Below, piece after piece: positions 1 to 9,659 of a stretch of DNA of 50,849 nt. The translations under genes and the position numbers were made by a program. The notes beneath the pieces are model-generated. The model was not told where the DNA came from. It saw only the letters and a list, made by a program, of their open reading frames with translations, and ran no database searches. The number at the start of each line of letters is the position of its first letter. The stretch's first letter is position 1. Source of the DNA: Dermatophilaceae bacterium (GTDB lineage: Bacteria; Actinomycetota; Actinomycetes; Actinomycetales; Dermatophilaceae); the NCBI GenBank assembly GCA_041746935.1, contig JBGTGC010000231.1, forward strand, positions 1 through 50,849, in the 5' to 3' direction.

Positions 1-43
1 CCCGATTAGCACCCGGCACCCTGCAGACATCAGACTAGGTCGG

Positions 44-1066
44 GTGAGAATTGGCATCCTGACCAGCGGCGGCGACTGTCCCGGACTCAACGCGGTGATC
101 CGCGGAGCGGTGATGAAAGGCGACCGGATCTACGGCCATACGTTCCTCGGCATCCGCGACGGGTGGCGCGGGCTGGTCGAAGACGACATACGCGAGCTGC
201 CACGACACGACGTGCGGGGGCTGTCCCGGCAAGGCGGCACGATCTTGGGGACCTCGCGCACCAGCCCGTTCGAGCATGGCGGCAGCGCGCGGGTCAAAGA
301 GGTGATGGCTCTTCACGACATGGACGCGGTCATCGCCATCGGCGGCGAGGGCACCCTGACCGTGGCCAAGATGCTGCACGAGGACGGGGTCAAGATCGTC
401 GGCGTGCCCAAGACGATCGACAACGACCTGTCGGCCACCGACTACACCTTCGGCTTCGACACCTCGGTGTCGATCGCCACCGAGTCCATCGACCGCCTCC
501 GCACCACCGGTGAGAGCCACCACCGGTGCATGGTGGTCGAGGTCATGGGCCGCCACGTGGGCTGGATTGCGCTGCACGCGGGCCTGGCCTCCGGCGCGCA
601 CGCCATCTTGATCCCCGAAGTGGCCGTCACCATGGAGGAGATCGTGGCCTGGGTTGAGATGGCCCGCGAACGTGGTCGGGCACCGGTCGTCGTGGTCGCT
701 GAGGGCTTCGTGCCCGAGGGCGGCACAGAGGCCGTGGCGCTCAGGGGTCTGGATGCGTTTGGCCGTCCTCGCCTGGGCGGCATCGGCGACCATCTGGCGG
801 TGGAGCTTCAGGCGCGCACCGGCATCGAGACTCGATCCACGGTGTTGGGCCACCTGCAGCGTGGGGGCGTGCCGACCTCGTTCGACCGGGTCCTGGCGAC
901 CCGGTTCGGAGCCGCGGCGGTGGACGCGGTGAAGAACAGCGAGTGGGGCACCATGGTGTCGCTGAGCGGGATCGACGTCAGCACGGTGCCGTTGCACCGG
1001 GCGACTAAAGAGCTCAAGACCGTGCCACCGCACCGCTACGAGGAAGCCGCCATCCTCTTCGGTTGA
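44..1066 (+). CDS. pfkA: 6-phosphofructokinase (group III, probably ATP-dependent)
   Basis: Motifs ILTSGGDCPGLNAVIR, GGTILGTSR, IGGEGT, PKTIDND, EVMGRHVGWIA and LGHLQRGG. Gly in GGEG rather than Asp suggests ATP rather than PPi as donor. Confidence 0.95.
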   Translation: MRIGILTSGGDCPGLNAVIRGAVMKGDRIYGHTFLGIRDGWRGLVEDDIRELPRHDVRGLSRQGGTILGTSRTSPFEHGGSARVKEVMALHDMDAVIAIGGEGTLTVAKMLHEDGVKIVGVPKTIDNDLSATDYTFGFDTSVSIATESIDRLRTTGESHHRCMVVEVMGRHVGWIALHAGLASGAHAILIPEVAVTMEEIVAWVEMARERGRAPVVVVAEGFVPEGGTEAVALRGLDAFGRPRLGGIGDHLAVELQARTGIETRSTVLGHLQRGGVPTSFDRVLATRFGAAAVDAVKNSEWGTMVSLSGIDVSTVPLHRATKELKTVPPHRYEEAAILFG

Positions 1067-1087
1067 TATGCCTACATCGCAGCCTGG

Positions 1088-1519
1088 CTAAATGATCACG
1101 AGATTGTCAGGCATGGCCCCCCGGGCGACCGAAAGGGAGATCGATCGGTCCAGAGTGACAAGAGCACCGTCGTGACGGACCGCTAAGGCAAGAAGGTAGG
1201 CGTCCGTCACTTGCCTTGAACCATGTAGACGAGTGAAATCAAGCGCCAACGGATCGGTCACGCTGACATCACAGGGCCAAAACTCATGCCACCGGGTCCC
1301 GCATGCTTGCCCCAGCAGCGCAGAGGCCCGGGACGGGGAGATGGGACTGGAATAGCGGGGCTGGGTCATGACCCGAATGAAGCCGTTCTCGGTGATGGCA
1401 CACGATGCCCATCCCTCGCTCAGATTTTCGCCGAGCCAGTCGGTGGCCTTGATGTGATCTGGGTGGTCGCTATCCAGCAGAGCCAACAACATGTTGACAT
1501 CGAGCAGGGCACGACTCAT
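1088..1519 (-). CDS. vapC: VapC PIN-domain toxin (type II TA #1)
   Basis: ALLDVNMLLALL, ITENGFIR, QVTDAYLLALA and LVTLD carry the acidic PIN residues; overlaps the antitoxin by ATGA. Confidence 0.92.
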   Translation of the reverse strand: MSRALLDVNMLLALLDSDHPDHIKATDWLGENLSEGWASCAITENGFIRVMTQPRYSSPISPSRASALLGQACGTRWHEFWPCDVSVTDPLALDFTRLHGSRQVTDAYLLALAVRHDGALVTLDRSISLSVARGAMPDNLVII

Positions 1520-1755
1520 ATGCCTTCTTCCTCGCGGATGCTGTCGATGAGGGCATTTGAGCTGAGTGCCCCGCGGTGTGGCAGCGGCACGAAGCCGCCC
1601 ACCCCGCCCGTGCGCGATGACGAGTCTAGGTTGCGTCCCATAAGCCCTTCGCGTGCGAGATCCGAGAGCACAGCGCTCATAGTGCGTCGCTCGCGCCTTG
1701 CTCGGTCCTGAATCGCCAAGAGCAAATCCTCATCAAGGTTGACTGTGGTGCGCAT
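1516..1755 (-). CDS. vapB: VapB-type antitoxin (RHH/CopG-like)
   Basis: 79 aa starting MRTTVNLDEDLL...TMSAVLSDLAREGL, directly upstream of vapC. Confidence 0.88.
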   Translation of the reverse strand: MRTTVNLDEDLLLAIQDRARRERRTMSAVLSDLAREGLMGRNLDSSSRTGGVGGFVPLPHRGALSSNALIDSIREEEGI

Positions 1756-1841
1756 ACATCAGATGCTATCGCATCAGTCGGTCGCCGGGTGCCTTTGCCC
1801 GTCGGCGGAGTAAAGGTTCACGGTGTGGCACGCTTTCCGGC

Positions 1842-3098
1842 ATGCCTCACGACACCCTCTTGGTTGACGCCGCCGACGTCGACGCGGCGGCCGACCGGTT
1901 GGCCGGGCGGATCATGCGGACCCCGCTGACCTACAGCGAGCGCTTGTCCGCCGCCTTCGATGCCCAGGTCTGGCTCAAGCGCGAAGACTTGCAACAGGTC
2001 CGCTCGTACAAGGGCCGGGGCGCGACGAACTTCATTGCTCAGCTCACCGAGACCCAGCAGCGCGCCGGGGTGGTGTGCGCGAGCGCCGGCAATCATGCCC
2101 AAGGGGTTGCCTTCGCGTGTGCTCAACTGGGGGTCTCGGCTCGCATTTATTTGCCACGCACCACACCTCGCCAGAAGCGGGACCGTGTCGCCGCGATCGG
2201 CGGGCCCTTCGTGGAAATCGTGGTCGGCGGTGACACCTACGACGCGGCGGCCGCCAGTGCCGCCGCGTATGCCTACGAGGCCCGGCGGACGCTCGTGCCG
2301 CCCTTCGACCACCCGATGACCATCGCCGGTCAGGGCACCATGGTCCGCGAGATCATGCAGGACATGGCCGAACCGCCGGACGTGGTGGTGGTGCCGGTTG
2401 GTGGAGGCGGGCTTCTTGCGGGCGCCTCGACATACCTTCATGCGCATTATCCCGACGTGCGGATCGTGGGCGCGGAGCCCACGGGGGCGGCCAGCATGAC
2501 GGCAGCCTTGGCAGCCGGCGGCCCCGTGACGCTGCCCGGGATCGACGCCTTCGTCGACGGAGCTGCCGTCCGGCGGGTGGGTGACGTGACCTATCCGCTG
2601 GTGCACGCCGCCGGTGCCGAGCTCGTGAGCGTGCCCGAGGGCCGGATCTGCGTCGAAATGCTGGCGCTCTATCAGACCGAGGGGATCGTGGCCGAGCCCG
2701 CGGGTGCGCTCGCGGCGGCCGCTCTGGACCAACTCGGCATACAGCGGGGTCAACGAGTCGTGGTGATCTTGTCCGGGGGCAACAACGACGTGCTGCGGTA
2801 TGCCGAGGTGATGGAGCGCGCGCTGGTGCACGAGGGCCGTAAGCACTACTTCTTGGTCAACTTCCCGCAGGAGCCTGGGGCCTTGCGGCGCTTCCTCGAC
2901 GAGGTCTTGGGACCCGACGACGACATCTCGCTCTTCGAATACACCAAGCGCAGCAACCGTGAGATCGGGCCGGCGCTGGTGGGGATCGAGCTCGGCTCCG
3001 CCGGAGACCTCGAGCCGCTGATGGACCGGATGCGGGCCTCCTCTGTCGACGTCGAGCAGATCCCCCCGGACAGCCCGATGTTCCGCTTCATCCTCTGA
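1842..3098 (+). CDS. ilvA: Threonine ammonia-lyase (biosynthetic, short form)
   Basis: KREDLQQVRSYKGRGA (PLP lysine), CASAGNHAQG, VPVGGGGLL, EPAGAL, and C-terminal regulatory domain FPQEPGALRRFL. Confidence 0.95.
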   Translation: MPHDTLLVDAADVDAAADRLAGRIMRTPLTYSERLSAAFDAQVWLKREDLQQVRSYKGRGATNFIAQLTETQQRAGVVCASAGNHAQGVAFACAQLGVSARIYLPRTTPRQKRDRVAAIGGPFVEIVVGGDTYDAAAASAAAYAYEARRTLVPPFDHPMTIAGQGTMVREIMQDMAEPPDVVVVPVGGGGLLAGASTYLHAHYPDVRIVGAEPTGAASMTAALAAGGPVTLPGIDAFVDGAAVRRVGDVTYPLVHAAGAELVSVPEGRICVEMLALYQTEGIVAEPAGALAAAALDQLGIQRGQRVVVILSGGNNDVLRYAEVMERALVHEGRKHYFLVNFPQEPGALRRFLDEVLGPDDDISLFEYTKRSNREIGPALVGIELGSAGDLEPLMDRMRASSVDVEQIPPDSPMFRFIL

Positions 3099-3126
3099 GC
3101 GCCAATCGCGAAGTCGCGTTCTGCCC

Positions 3127-3192
3127 CGAGGACGCAAAATGCCCGCGAAACACGCTCTATACTGCGTCGGTCGCGAGCATTTCGTGATCTCG
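3127..3192. repeat. 66-bp imperfect palindromic intergenic repeat (REP-like), copy 1
   Basis: 22-nt arms cgaggacgcaaaatgcccgcga / tcgcgagcatttcgtgatctcg. The reverse complement matches 12418-12483 at 54/66 positions without gaps (hand alignment). Confidence 0.8.
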
Positions 3193-3244
3193 CCAGCGAG
3201 GCGAGGTGCGGAGGTATGTCCGAGGTGTGCGGCACAGTAATCCC

Positions 3245-3831
3245 ATGCCGCAGCCGCGAATAGCCACCGAGATCGACTTCATCGCCGACTAACTCGACGA
3301 ACAGTTCCCTGCTGTTCGGTATGCGGCACGCGGACTGAGCGATGAGCAGGCGCGGGCCACTGCGTGCACCAGCACGCTCTCGATCGGCGGACTGATCAAG
3401 CACGTGTTGTGGGTGATGACCGAGAATCAACGTCGGGACGACAACCCGAGCGGCGAGATGAGCCGCGAGGAGTTTCGGGAGCACGCCGGCGACATCTACG
3501 CCAGCTTCGCCCTGTCCGAGGACGACGACTTCACCGATACGGTCGCCAGGTTTGAGCAATCCCAACACTCACTGGTCGGCCAGATCCGCGCTAGGGACCC
3601 AGACGGTGAGGTGATGGCACCGCCGGAGCCGTGGGTCGGTCGCCTGGAGCCGACCAAGACCACCAGGCGCTTCCACCTGTTGCACCTCATCGAAGAGGTG
3701 GCTCGGCACGCCGGGAACGCCGACATCATCCGGGAGCAGCTCGACGGGGCCACCGCCATCGAGCTGACCTTGGGATCGAGGGCCGCGAAGGCAACGACTA
3801 CGTCACGCCCTGGCAGCCGAAGACTCCCTAG
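3245..3831 (+). pseudogene. DinB/DUF664 family (mycothiol-transferase-like) pseudogene
   Basis: ATG 3245 reads MPQPRIATEIDFIAD*LDEQ...GLSDEQARAT...SIGGLIKH...LHLIEEVARHAGNADIIREQLDG, with in-frame TAA at 3290-3292. A frameshift near 3775 puts the tail IEGREGNDYVTPWQP in another frame ending at 3831. Confidence 0.85.
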
Positions 3832-4775
3832 CGAATCCCACTTCGGGCAAAGCCCTGCACGAAATAGCGCTGGAAGACCAGGAATAGCAGCACCATCGGG
3901 ACGACATTGATCAGGGCGAAGGCCATCGTCGCGCCGTAATCCGAGCCGAACTGACCCTGCAGATAGAGCAGGCCGATCGGCAAGGTGAAGAGCGAGTTCT
4001 CCTTCAGCGCGATGAGCGGCCACGCGAAGTCGTTCCACGATTGCAGCAGGCTCATGAAGAACAGCACCGCGATCAGCGGCTTAGACAGCGGCAACACGAT
4101 GCGGGTGAAGACCTTGACGTGCCCTGCGCCGTCGATCCGGGCCGCCTCGATCAGGTCCCGGGGGATAGCCAGCATGAACTGACGGGCCAAGAACACCCCG
4201 AAGGCTGATGCCGCCGTGGGCAGGATGACCGCCCAGTAGGTGCCGTAGATGCCGAGCGAGGTGACCAACCGGAAGAGCGAAACCATGATGACCTGCACTG
4301 GGACCATCAACGTGGACAGCGCCAGCAAGAAGAGCAGGTTCGATCCGCGGAAGCGCAGGTGAGCGAACGCGTAACCGGCCAGCAGGCTGAAGGCCACCGT
4401 GATTGCCGCCGTCACCAACGAGATGGCGACAGAGTTGCCGACCCAGGTGGCCACTGGGAACGAGTTCAGGACGCGCTCGAAGTTCGCCAACGTCAACGTG
4501 CGCGGCCACAACCGAAGGCTGCCGCCGAGCAATTCGGCGCGGGTCGAGAGGGCGACCACGACCATCCAATACAGCGGGAACAGCAAGACCGCGCAGACGG
4601 CGATGGCGGTGATTAGCCGCAGGATCAGTCCGACTCGGGCGCGGTTGCGCTTGCGTTGGCGGCCACGGTCCGTCGCCGAGTAGTCCGTGGGCGCAGAGAC
4701 CGGGTTGGCGGCGTAAACGGTGGGCTCCGTGGTCTCATCAGTGGCGTCCGCGCCGCGTGCGGTGATCTCGGTCAT
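3828..4775 (-). CDS. Carbohydrate ABC transporter permease (MalG-like)
   Basis: EAA motif IPRDLIEAARIDGA, WNDFAWPL, multiple TM helices. Confidence 0.93.
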   Translation of the reverse strand: MTEITARGADATDETTEPTVYAANPVSAPTDYSATDRGRQRKRNRARVGLILRLITAIAVCAVLLFPLYWMVVVALSTRAELLGGSLRLWPRTLTLANFERVLNSFPVATWVGNSVAISLVTAAITVAFSLLAGYAFAHLRFRGSNLLFLLALSTLMVPVQVIMVSLFRLVTSLGIYGTYWAVILPTAASAFGVFLARQFMLAIPRDLIEAARIDGAGHVKVFTRIVLPLSKPLIAVLFFMSLLQSWNDFAWPLIALKENSLFTLPIGLLYLQGQFGSDYGATMAFALINVVPMVLLFLVFQRYFVQGFARSGIR

Positions 4776-4785
4776 GATCAGCCTC

Positions 4786-5685
4786 TCATTCCAGGTCCCG
4801 GCTCTTGTTGACTCGCCACTGGACGAGGGTGAACGCCAGCATCAGCAGCAGCAGGACGATGCCGATCGCTGCGGCATACCCCTGATCGCGCACCACGAAG
4901 CCGGTGTCGTAGGCGTAGGTCACCAGCACGGACGTTGCGTTTTGCGGGCCACCCCCGGTCAGCACGAAGACAATGTCAAAGACCTGGAACGAATAGATGA
5001 CGTTCATGATCAGCAAGAAGAACGTCGAGGGTCCCACCATCGGGATCGTCATATAGCGGAAGCGCTGCCACCCATTGGCACCGTCCAGACGGGCTGCCTC
5101 GTAGACCTCGGTGCTCACGCCCTGCAGCCCCGCTAGGTAGATCAACATGTTGAATCCCACTCGCCACCACAAGGTGACGAGCACCACGGACGCGAACGCC
5201 GCGGTGCCTCCAGACTGCCAATCGATCGCGGGCAAGCCAACGAACCGCAGGATCTTGTCGAGGATGCCGCTGTTTTCGTCGAAGATCAGCGTTCCGATCA
5301 GCGCGGTGGCCACGCCCGAGATCGCCATCGGGACGATCAGGATGGAGCGGAACACCCCACGGATAGGCAGCACGCTGTTGAGCAGCACCGCGATGCCCAG
5401 CCCCAGGACCATCGAAAGCGGAGTGACCAACACGGTGAACAGCACGGTGTTGGCGGTCGACCGCCAGAACAGCGAGTCCCCGACCAGCGTCCGATAGTTC
5501 TCGAAGCCAGCGAAGGTGCCGTCGCCAAAGCCGTTCGTCCGTTGGAAGCTGATCAACAGCGCGCCAACCATCGGCAACAGGACGAAGAGGCCGAGGAGGC
5601 CGAAGGTGGGGGTGAGGAACCCGTATGCCGCGAGCGTCTCCCCCTTCATCCGGGTGGGCCGGACCTTCACGGCCTGCTCACTCAT
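4786..5685 (-). CDS. Carbohydrate ABC transporter permease (MalF-like)
   Basis: YLAGLQGV..EVYEAARLDGA, LTGGGP, GYAAAIG. Confidence 0.93.
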   Translation of the reverse strand: MSEQAVKVRPTRMKGETLAAYGFLTPTFGLLGLFVLLPMVGALLISFQRTNGFGDGTFAGFENYRTLVGDSLFWRSTANTVLFTVLVTPLSMVLGLGIAVLLNSVLPIRGVFRSILIVPMAISGVATALIGTLIFDENSGILDKILRFVGLPAIDWQSGGTAAFASVVLVTLWWRVGFNMLIYLAGLQGVSTEVYEAARLDGANGWQRFRYMTIPMVGPSTFFLLIMNVIYSFQVFDIVFVLTGGGPQNATSVLVTYAYDTGFVVRDQGYAAAIGIVLLLLMLAFTLVQWRVNKSRDLE

Positions 5686-6980
5686 GACGAAGCGGCCTCA
5701 TCGATGCCAGCGGCCAGGCCTGCGATGGTCGTCTCGACATCCTGCCCACCGACAAAGGCCCTCTCGAGTTGGTCCTGCAGCACCGTGATGATCTCGGACA
5801 TGTTCGCAGAAGCGACCTGGCCAGAATCCGAGGCTTGCACCTGAGTGGCCTGACCGATGAAGATTTCGGATAGCTCGGGGCGCGCCGCAAACTCGATGCC
5901 ACTTTCGACCAGGTCGGCTCGAGTGGGCAGCAGGGAGGCTCCTTCGCAGAATTCGCGCATCTCCTCTTCCTGCGTGACGAACTCCAAGAACGCGGCCGCC
6001 ATCTCGGGCTTCGTGGTGCCTGCGGTGGCTACCAGGGCATTCCCACCGAAGTCGCTACCGCCGCGGACGTTGACGGGGGCGTAGGTTGCGCCCCACTCGA
6101 AGTTCAGCGTGGCGTCAGCATCGGGAATCAAGAAGGCGCCGGCCCAGGTCATCGCGACGGTCTCGGAATACCACGTGTCGCTGGCGTACGTCGTCGACTT
6201 CACCGAGTCGTTCTGCGGCACGAAGTCCTTGGTGAAGAAGCTCTGGGTGAATTCCACCGCTGCCCGTCCGGCGTCGGAGTCGATCGCCGCAGCCGCCAGG
6301 TCTTCGCTGAGGAACCGCCCGTCCGCCTGGAAAAGCCAACTCAGCCATCGGGTGACGCCATTGCCCTGCCAGTTATAGGCGAACGGGTACTTGCTGGACG
6401 GCAATTCGTCGCGCAACTTTTGGGCGACCTCTTCGAACTCCTCCCACGTCCATGCCTCCTCCAAGGTCGTCGGGACCGAGGTGACGCCGGCAGCGTCAAG
6501 CATGTCCTTGTTGTAGAGAATCACCGAGGTGTCGGTGTGATGCGGCACCCCAAACGGGGACTCTTCGTTTTGCACGGCTGCCCAGGCCTGCGGAGTGAAC
6601 CGGTCCTGGAAGCCATCGCTGAGCAGCGGACCCAGGTCCAGGAGTTGGCCGGCCCCGGCATAACTGCCGAACGTGTAATAGGGAACCCGGAAGATGTCGG
6701 GCGCGGTGTTCGACTGCAGTTGGGCGTCGATGTTAGTGAACATCTGCTCGTACGGCACCGCGTTGAGGTCAACGGTGACGCCGTCGTTAGCCGCTTCGAA
6801 ATCGGCAATCGCGGACCGTAGCCCGGCCAACTCTGCGTCCGTGCCCCACGTCGTGAAGGTCAGTGTGCCCCCATTGGATTCTTGCTCTCCTGAGCCTCCG
6901 GTGAATCCACAACTAGCCAGCCCCGCTGGCGCTGCGGCAATAGCGGCCAAGCTCATGATTTGACGTCGACTCAGGTCCAT
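5682..6980 (-). CDS. Sugar ABC transporter substrate-binding lipoprotein (Tat-type signal)
   Basis: N-terminal SRRQIM twin-arginine motif, LASC lipobox, family-1 SBP motifs (APDIFRV, ILYNKDML, WTWEEF). Confidence 0.9.
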   Translation of the reverse strand: MDLSRRQIMSLAAIAAAPAGLASCGFTGGSGEQESNGGTLTFTTWGTDAELAGLRSAIADFEAANDGVTVDLNAVPYEQMFTNIDAQLQSNTAPDIFRVPYYTFGSYAGAGQLLDLGPLLSDGFQDRFTPQAWAAVQNEESPFGVPHHTDTSVILYNKDMLDAAGVTSVPTTLEEAWTWEEFEEVAQKLRDELPSSKYPFAYNWQGNGVTRWLSWLFQADGRFLSEDLAAAAIDSDAGRAAVEFTQSFFTKDFVPQNDSVKSTTYASDTWYSETVAMTWAGAFLIPDADATLNFEWGATYAPVNVRGGSDFGGNALVATAGTTKPEMAAAFLEFVTQEEEMREFCEGASLLPTRADLVESGIEFAARPELSEIFIGQATQVQASDSGQVASANMSEIITVLQDQLERAFVGGQDVETTIAGLAAGIDEAASS

Positions 6981-7100
6981 GTTTTTCGTTCCTGCCAGCG
7001 TGGGTGACTAGTGAAGCGAGGACGCTAACACGGCGAAAAGTGCTGCTGAGCGCCGGGTTTAAGCGACAAGCTCACGCCCCGGGAGTACAATCCGCCCGGG

Positions 7101-7838
7101 TTATCTCATGAACATCAGAGCCGCGCCAGCAGCCGCGGATAACACCGTGACGGTGCCAAAGAATGCGACCCATAAAGGTGCGGGCAGACCCGTCAAAGGC
7201 GCCAGTTGCGCCGCGTCTGACGACGTATCCCGCCGACCAGTGCGCAGCATCCGACGACGCTGAGCCGACAGTTCCAAGACCGACCGCGGCGCGGCCAGCA
7301 GCAGCGTCCACACCAGCAGATAGGCCAGTCCCGATAGCGCCACCGCCGGCAAGCTCCAACTCGCGAGTCCTACCCCACCACCGATGGCCAGCAGCACAGC
7401 AAACCCGTAGGCGTTGCGGACGAACAGCGCCATCGCCGCGCTCAGTGCCACCAGCGCCCACAGAAGACCCACGGCATACCCGGCGTTGAGGACGACGGTG
7501 GCTCCCAATGCGACCAGAGCCGGCGCGGGATAGCCCGTCAACATCGTCGCGACCATCCCCGGGCCGCGTGGTCGCCCCCGCGAAACCGTGACCCCGGAGG
7601 TGTCCGAGTGCAGGGTGATGCCCGAAAGGCGGCGCCCCACCATCAGCGCGACGACCGCGTGACCCGCCTCATGCAGCACCGTGACTCCGTGCCTGATCGT
7701 CCGATAGCCGGCCGGCGACGCGACGACAAGAAGGGCGATCAGGCCCAGGGCAGCGACGACGACCAGATGCGGCGGCGTTTGCGTGGTCGTCGAGCGATCC
7801 CACACATCCCGCAGCACCTCACCCACGCCAGATCTCAC
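7101..7838 (-). CDS. M50B-like membrane metallopeptidase
   Basis: HEAGH zinc motif, LHSDTSGVT, GYPAP, SDAAQLA. Exact start uncertain. Confidence 0.85.
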   Translation of the reverse strand: MRSGVGEVLRDVWDRSTTTQTPPHLVVVAALGLIALLVVASPAGYRTIRHGVTVLHEAGHAVVALMVGRRLSGITLHSDTSGVTVSRGRPRGPGMVATMLTGYPAPALVALGATVVLNAGYAVGLLWALVALSAAMALFVRNAYGFAVLLAIGGGVGLASWSLPAVALSGLAYLLVWTLLLAAPRSVLELSAQRRRMLRTGRRDTSSDAAQLAPLTGLPAPLWVAFFGTVTVLSAAAGAALMFMR

Positions 7839-8295
7839 CCACCGGCGTCGATTGGGTGGGCGGCCCCAGGGCGAGCAGCACGCCGAACATCGCGATCACG
7901 GCCACCGCGATGACCACCGTGGACGCGATCGGGCGCGACACGGCATACCCGACCGCGCGTTCCGGAATCGTGGCTGACGTCTCCGCGCGCAGTCGCCACT
8001 GCTGGCCCACCAGACCTCGGCGCACGGCCCACCGCTCGAACGGCACCGTGGCCAACGGCGGGATGGCCGCGGCCAGACCGAACAGAACGCGGGTAAACGA
8101 CCACCGTTGGTCAACCGCGACCACCACCGTCGCGACGCAGAAAAACAGGAAGACCAGACCGTGCAGCCCGCCCGCGAGAGTGACGCCGAGATCCGTGGTC
8201 TTGGTGACGTACTTCACGAACATGCCGATCAGCAGCAACGTCCAGGTGACTGCCTCGGCCAGAGCCGCGTGGCGATAGAACACGCGGGGCGTCAT
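7819..8295 (-). CDS. DUF3817 family membrane protein
   Basis: AEAVTWTLLLIGM, GGLHGLVF, AAIPPLATVPFE. Confidence 0.8.
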   Translation of the reverse strand: MTPRVFYRHAALAEAVTWTLLLIGMFVKYVTKTTDLGVTLAGGLHGLVFLFFCVATVVVAVDQRWSFTRVLFGLAAAIPPLATVPFERWAVRRGLVGQQWRLRAETSATIPERAVGYAVSRPIASTVVIAVAVIAMFGVLLALGPPTQSTPVGEIWRG

Positions 8296-9497
8296 CGACG
8301 GGTGACCTCGAGGGTGAACTCGTGGGCACGCAGCCGGTCGACCAAGGCGTCGCCGAGTGCGGTCGCCGGGGTCAGCACTCCGGTGCGGTCAGTGCCCTCG
8401 CCAGAGGCCAAAGCCAGCGCAGACTCACCAAGCATGACCGCCGTGCCGTCGTAGCCGGGGTCGAACGGTGCAGCCACCTTCGCGACATACGTGATGCCGT
8501 TCGTGGTGGTGCCCACGACTTCGATCGCGAACATGCCGCCCTCGCGGGTGGCCTTGCTCGGCCCTTCGCCGGGGGACGGCAGCAGGCGATCCATGATCAT
8601 CCGGGTGGGCTTGGTGGCCATGGCAACGATCAGCGCAGCAGTGCCTGCACCGACGGCCACCGCGGAGGCAGCCCCCTTGGCTCCGCGACCGGTGTCGACG
8701 ACCTCGTCGTAAAGCAGCGGAGCATCGCCTTGGGTGAGCGACCACGAACGCCGCAAGATCCGCGAGTTGTAGCTCGACATCACAAACGGCCCGTGCCAGC
8801 GACCTGTCCCGGCGTCCTTGCCAATGGCACTTGCGCCCTTGCCGTATGCCGTCCTCTCGCGGGCCAGCGCGTCCGGGTTGGCCACGATGCGCCGGCTACT
8901 GGGGTCCTCGCGCATGGCCATCATCTGTTGACGCATCGAGTCGATGGTGCCCCCACTGAATCCGCCCTTGGCTGATCGCACGTGCAAGGTGACGTCCACG
9001 AGGCGGCCGTTGTCGTCGTCGCCGGCGGCTTGGGCGGCGAGCATGACGCCGAGGTCGGAGGGGATGGAGTCGAAGCCGCAGGAGTGCACGATCCTCGCCC
9101 CACTGGCCTGCGCCACGTCGTCCAACTTCTCGATGGTGTCGTGAACGAAGAGGACTTCGCCCGTCAGGTCGGCATAGTGGGTGCCGGCGTGGGCACAGGC
9201 ACTGACCAACTGCTTGCCGTATGCCGCGTAGGGGCCGACCGTCGTCGCGACAACCCCAGCCTTCTCAGCCAGATCCTGGGCTTGGGCCTCATCGCTGACG
9301 TCGAGGCAGATCAGCGGCCAGGCGTGGGCGGCTTCCGGCAGGTCGGCCTGCACGGAGACGAGCTTGTCGAGGTTGCGACCGGCCAGGGCGATCCGCAGTT
9401 CTGGTGACGCGGAGCGGGCGAGGTGGGCTGCGGTGAGTCGTCCGACGAAGCCGGTGGTACCGACGAGCACAAGGTCGAATTCACGATCTGTAGGCAT
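8292..9497 (-). CDS. Saccharopine dehydrogenase-like NADP-binding oxidoreductase (trans-acting enoyl reductase family)
   Basis: FDLVLVGTTGFVG, TTVGPY, HYADLTGE, HSCGFDSIPSDLG, SGGT, DPGY, GVLTPATALG. Confidence 0.85.
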   Translation of the reverse strand: MPTDREFDLVLVGTTGFVGRLTAAHLARSASPELRIALAGRNLDKLVSVQADLPEAAHAWPLICLDVSDEAQAQDLAEKAGVVATTVGPYAAYGKQLVSACAHAGTHYADLTGEVLFVHDTIEKLDDVAQASGARIVHSCGFDSIPSDLGVMLAAQAAGDDDNGRLVDVTLHVRSAKGGFSGGTIDSMRQQMMAMREDPSSRRIVANPDALARERTAYGKGASAIGKDAGTGRWHGPFVMSSYNSRILRRSWSLTQGDAPLLYDEVVDTGRGAKGAASAVAVGAGTAALIVAMATKPTRMIMDRLLPSPGEGPSKATREGGMFAIEVVGTTTNGITYVAKVAAPFDPGYDGTAVMLGESALALASGEGTDRTGVLTPATALGDALVDRLRAHEFTLEVTRR

Positions 9498-9659
9498 AAC
9501 TCCATTGTCTCTGCCCAGACTGAGCGACGGCTGGTCGACCTCGTGCCAAGCGTGTGGCTAGATTCACGCTTCAACACGAATCTCGCCACACGCTTACCGG
9601 GCGCATCGTGCGGTCAGTGGGCTGCGGCATACTGCGGTGAGCTTGCGGAAGGTAGGACA

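Noticed and set aside
3290-3292. Stop-codon readthrough or recoding in the DUF664 gene
   Set aside because: The codon is TAA (not TGA or TAG), and a second, frameshift lesion occurs downstream.
8292-9497. Saccharopine-dehydrogenase-like gene as the partner of the Lys1-type enzyme at 36776
   Set aside because: Its motifs (CGFDSIPSDLG, DPGY, TPATALG) fit the trans-acting enoyl-reductase-like subfamily, and it lies 27 kb away in an unrelated operon.
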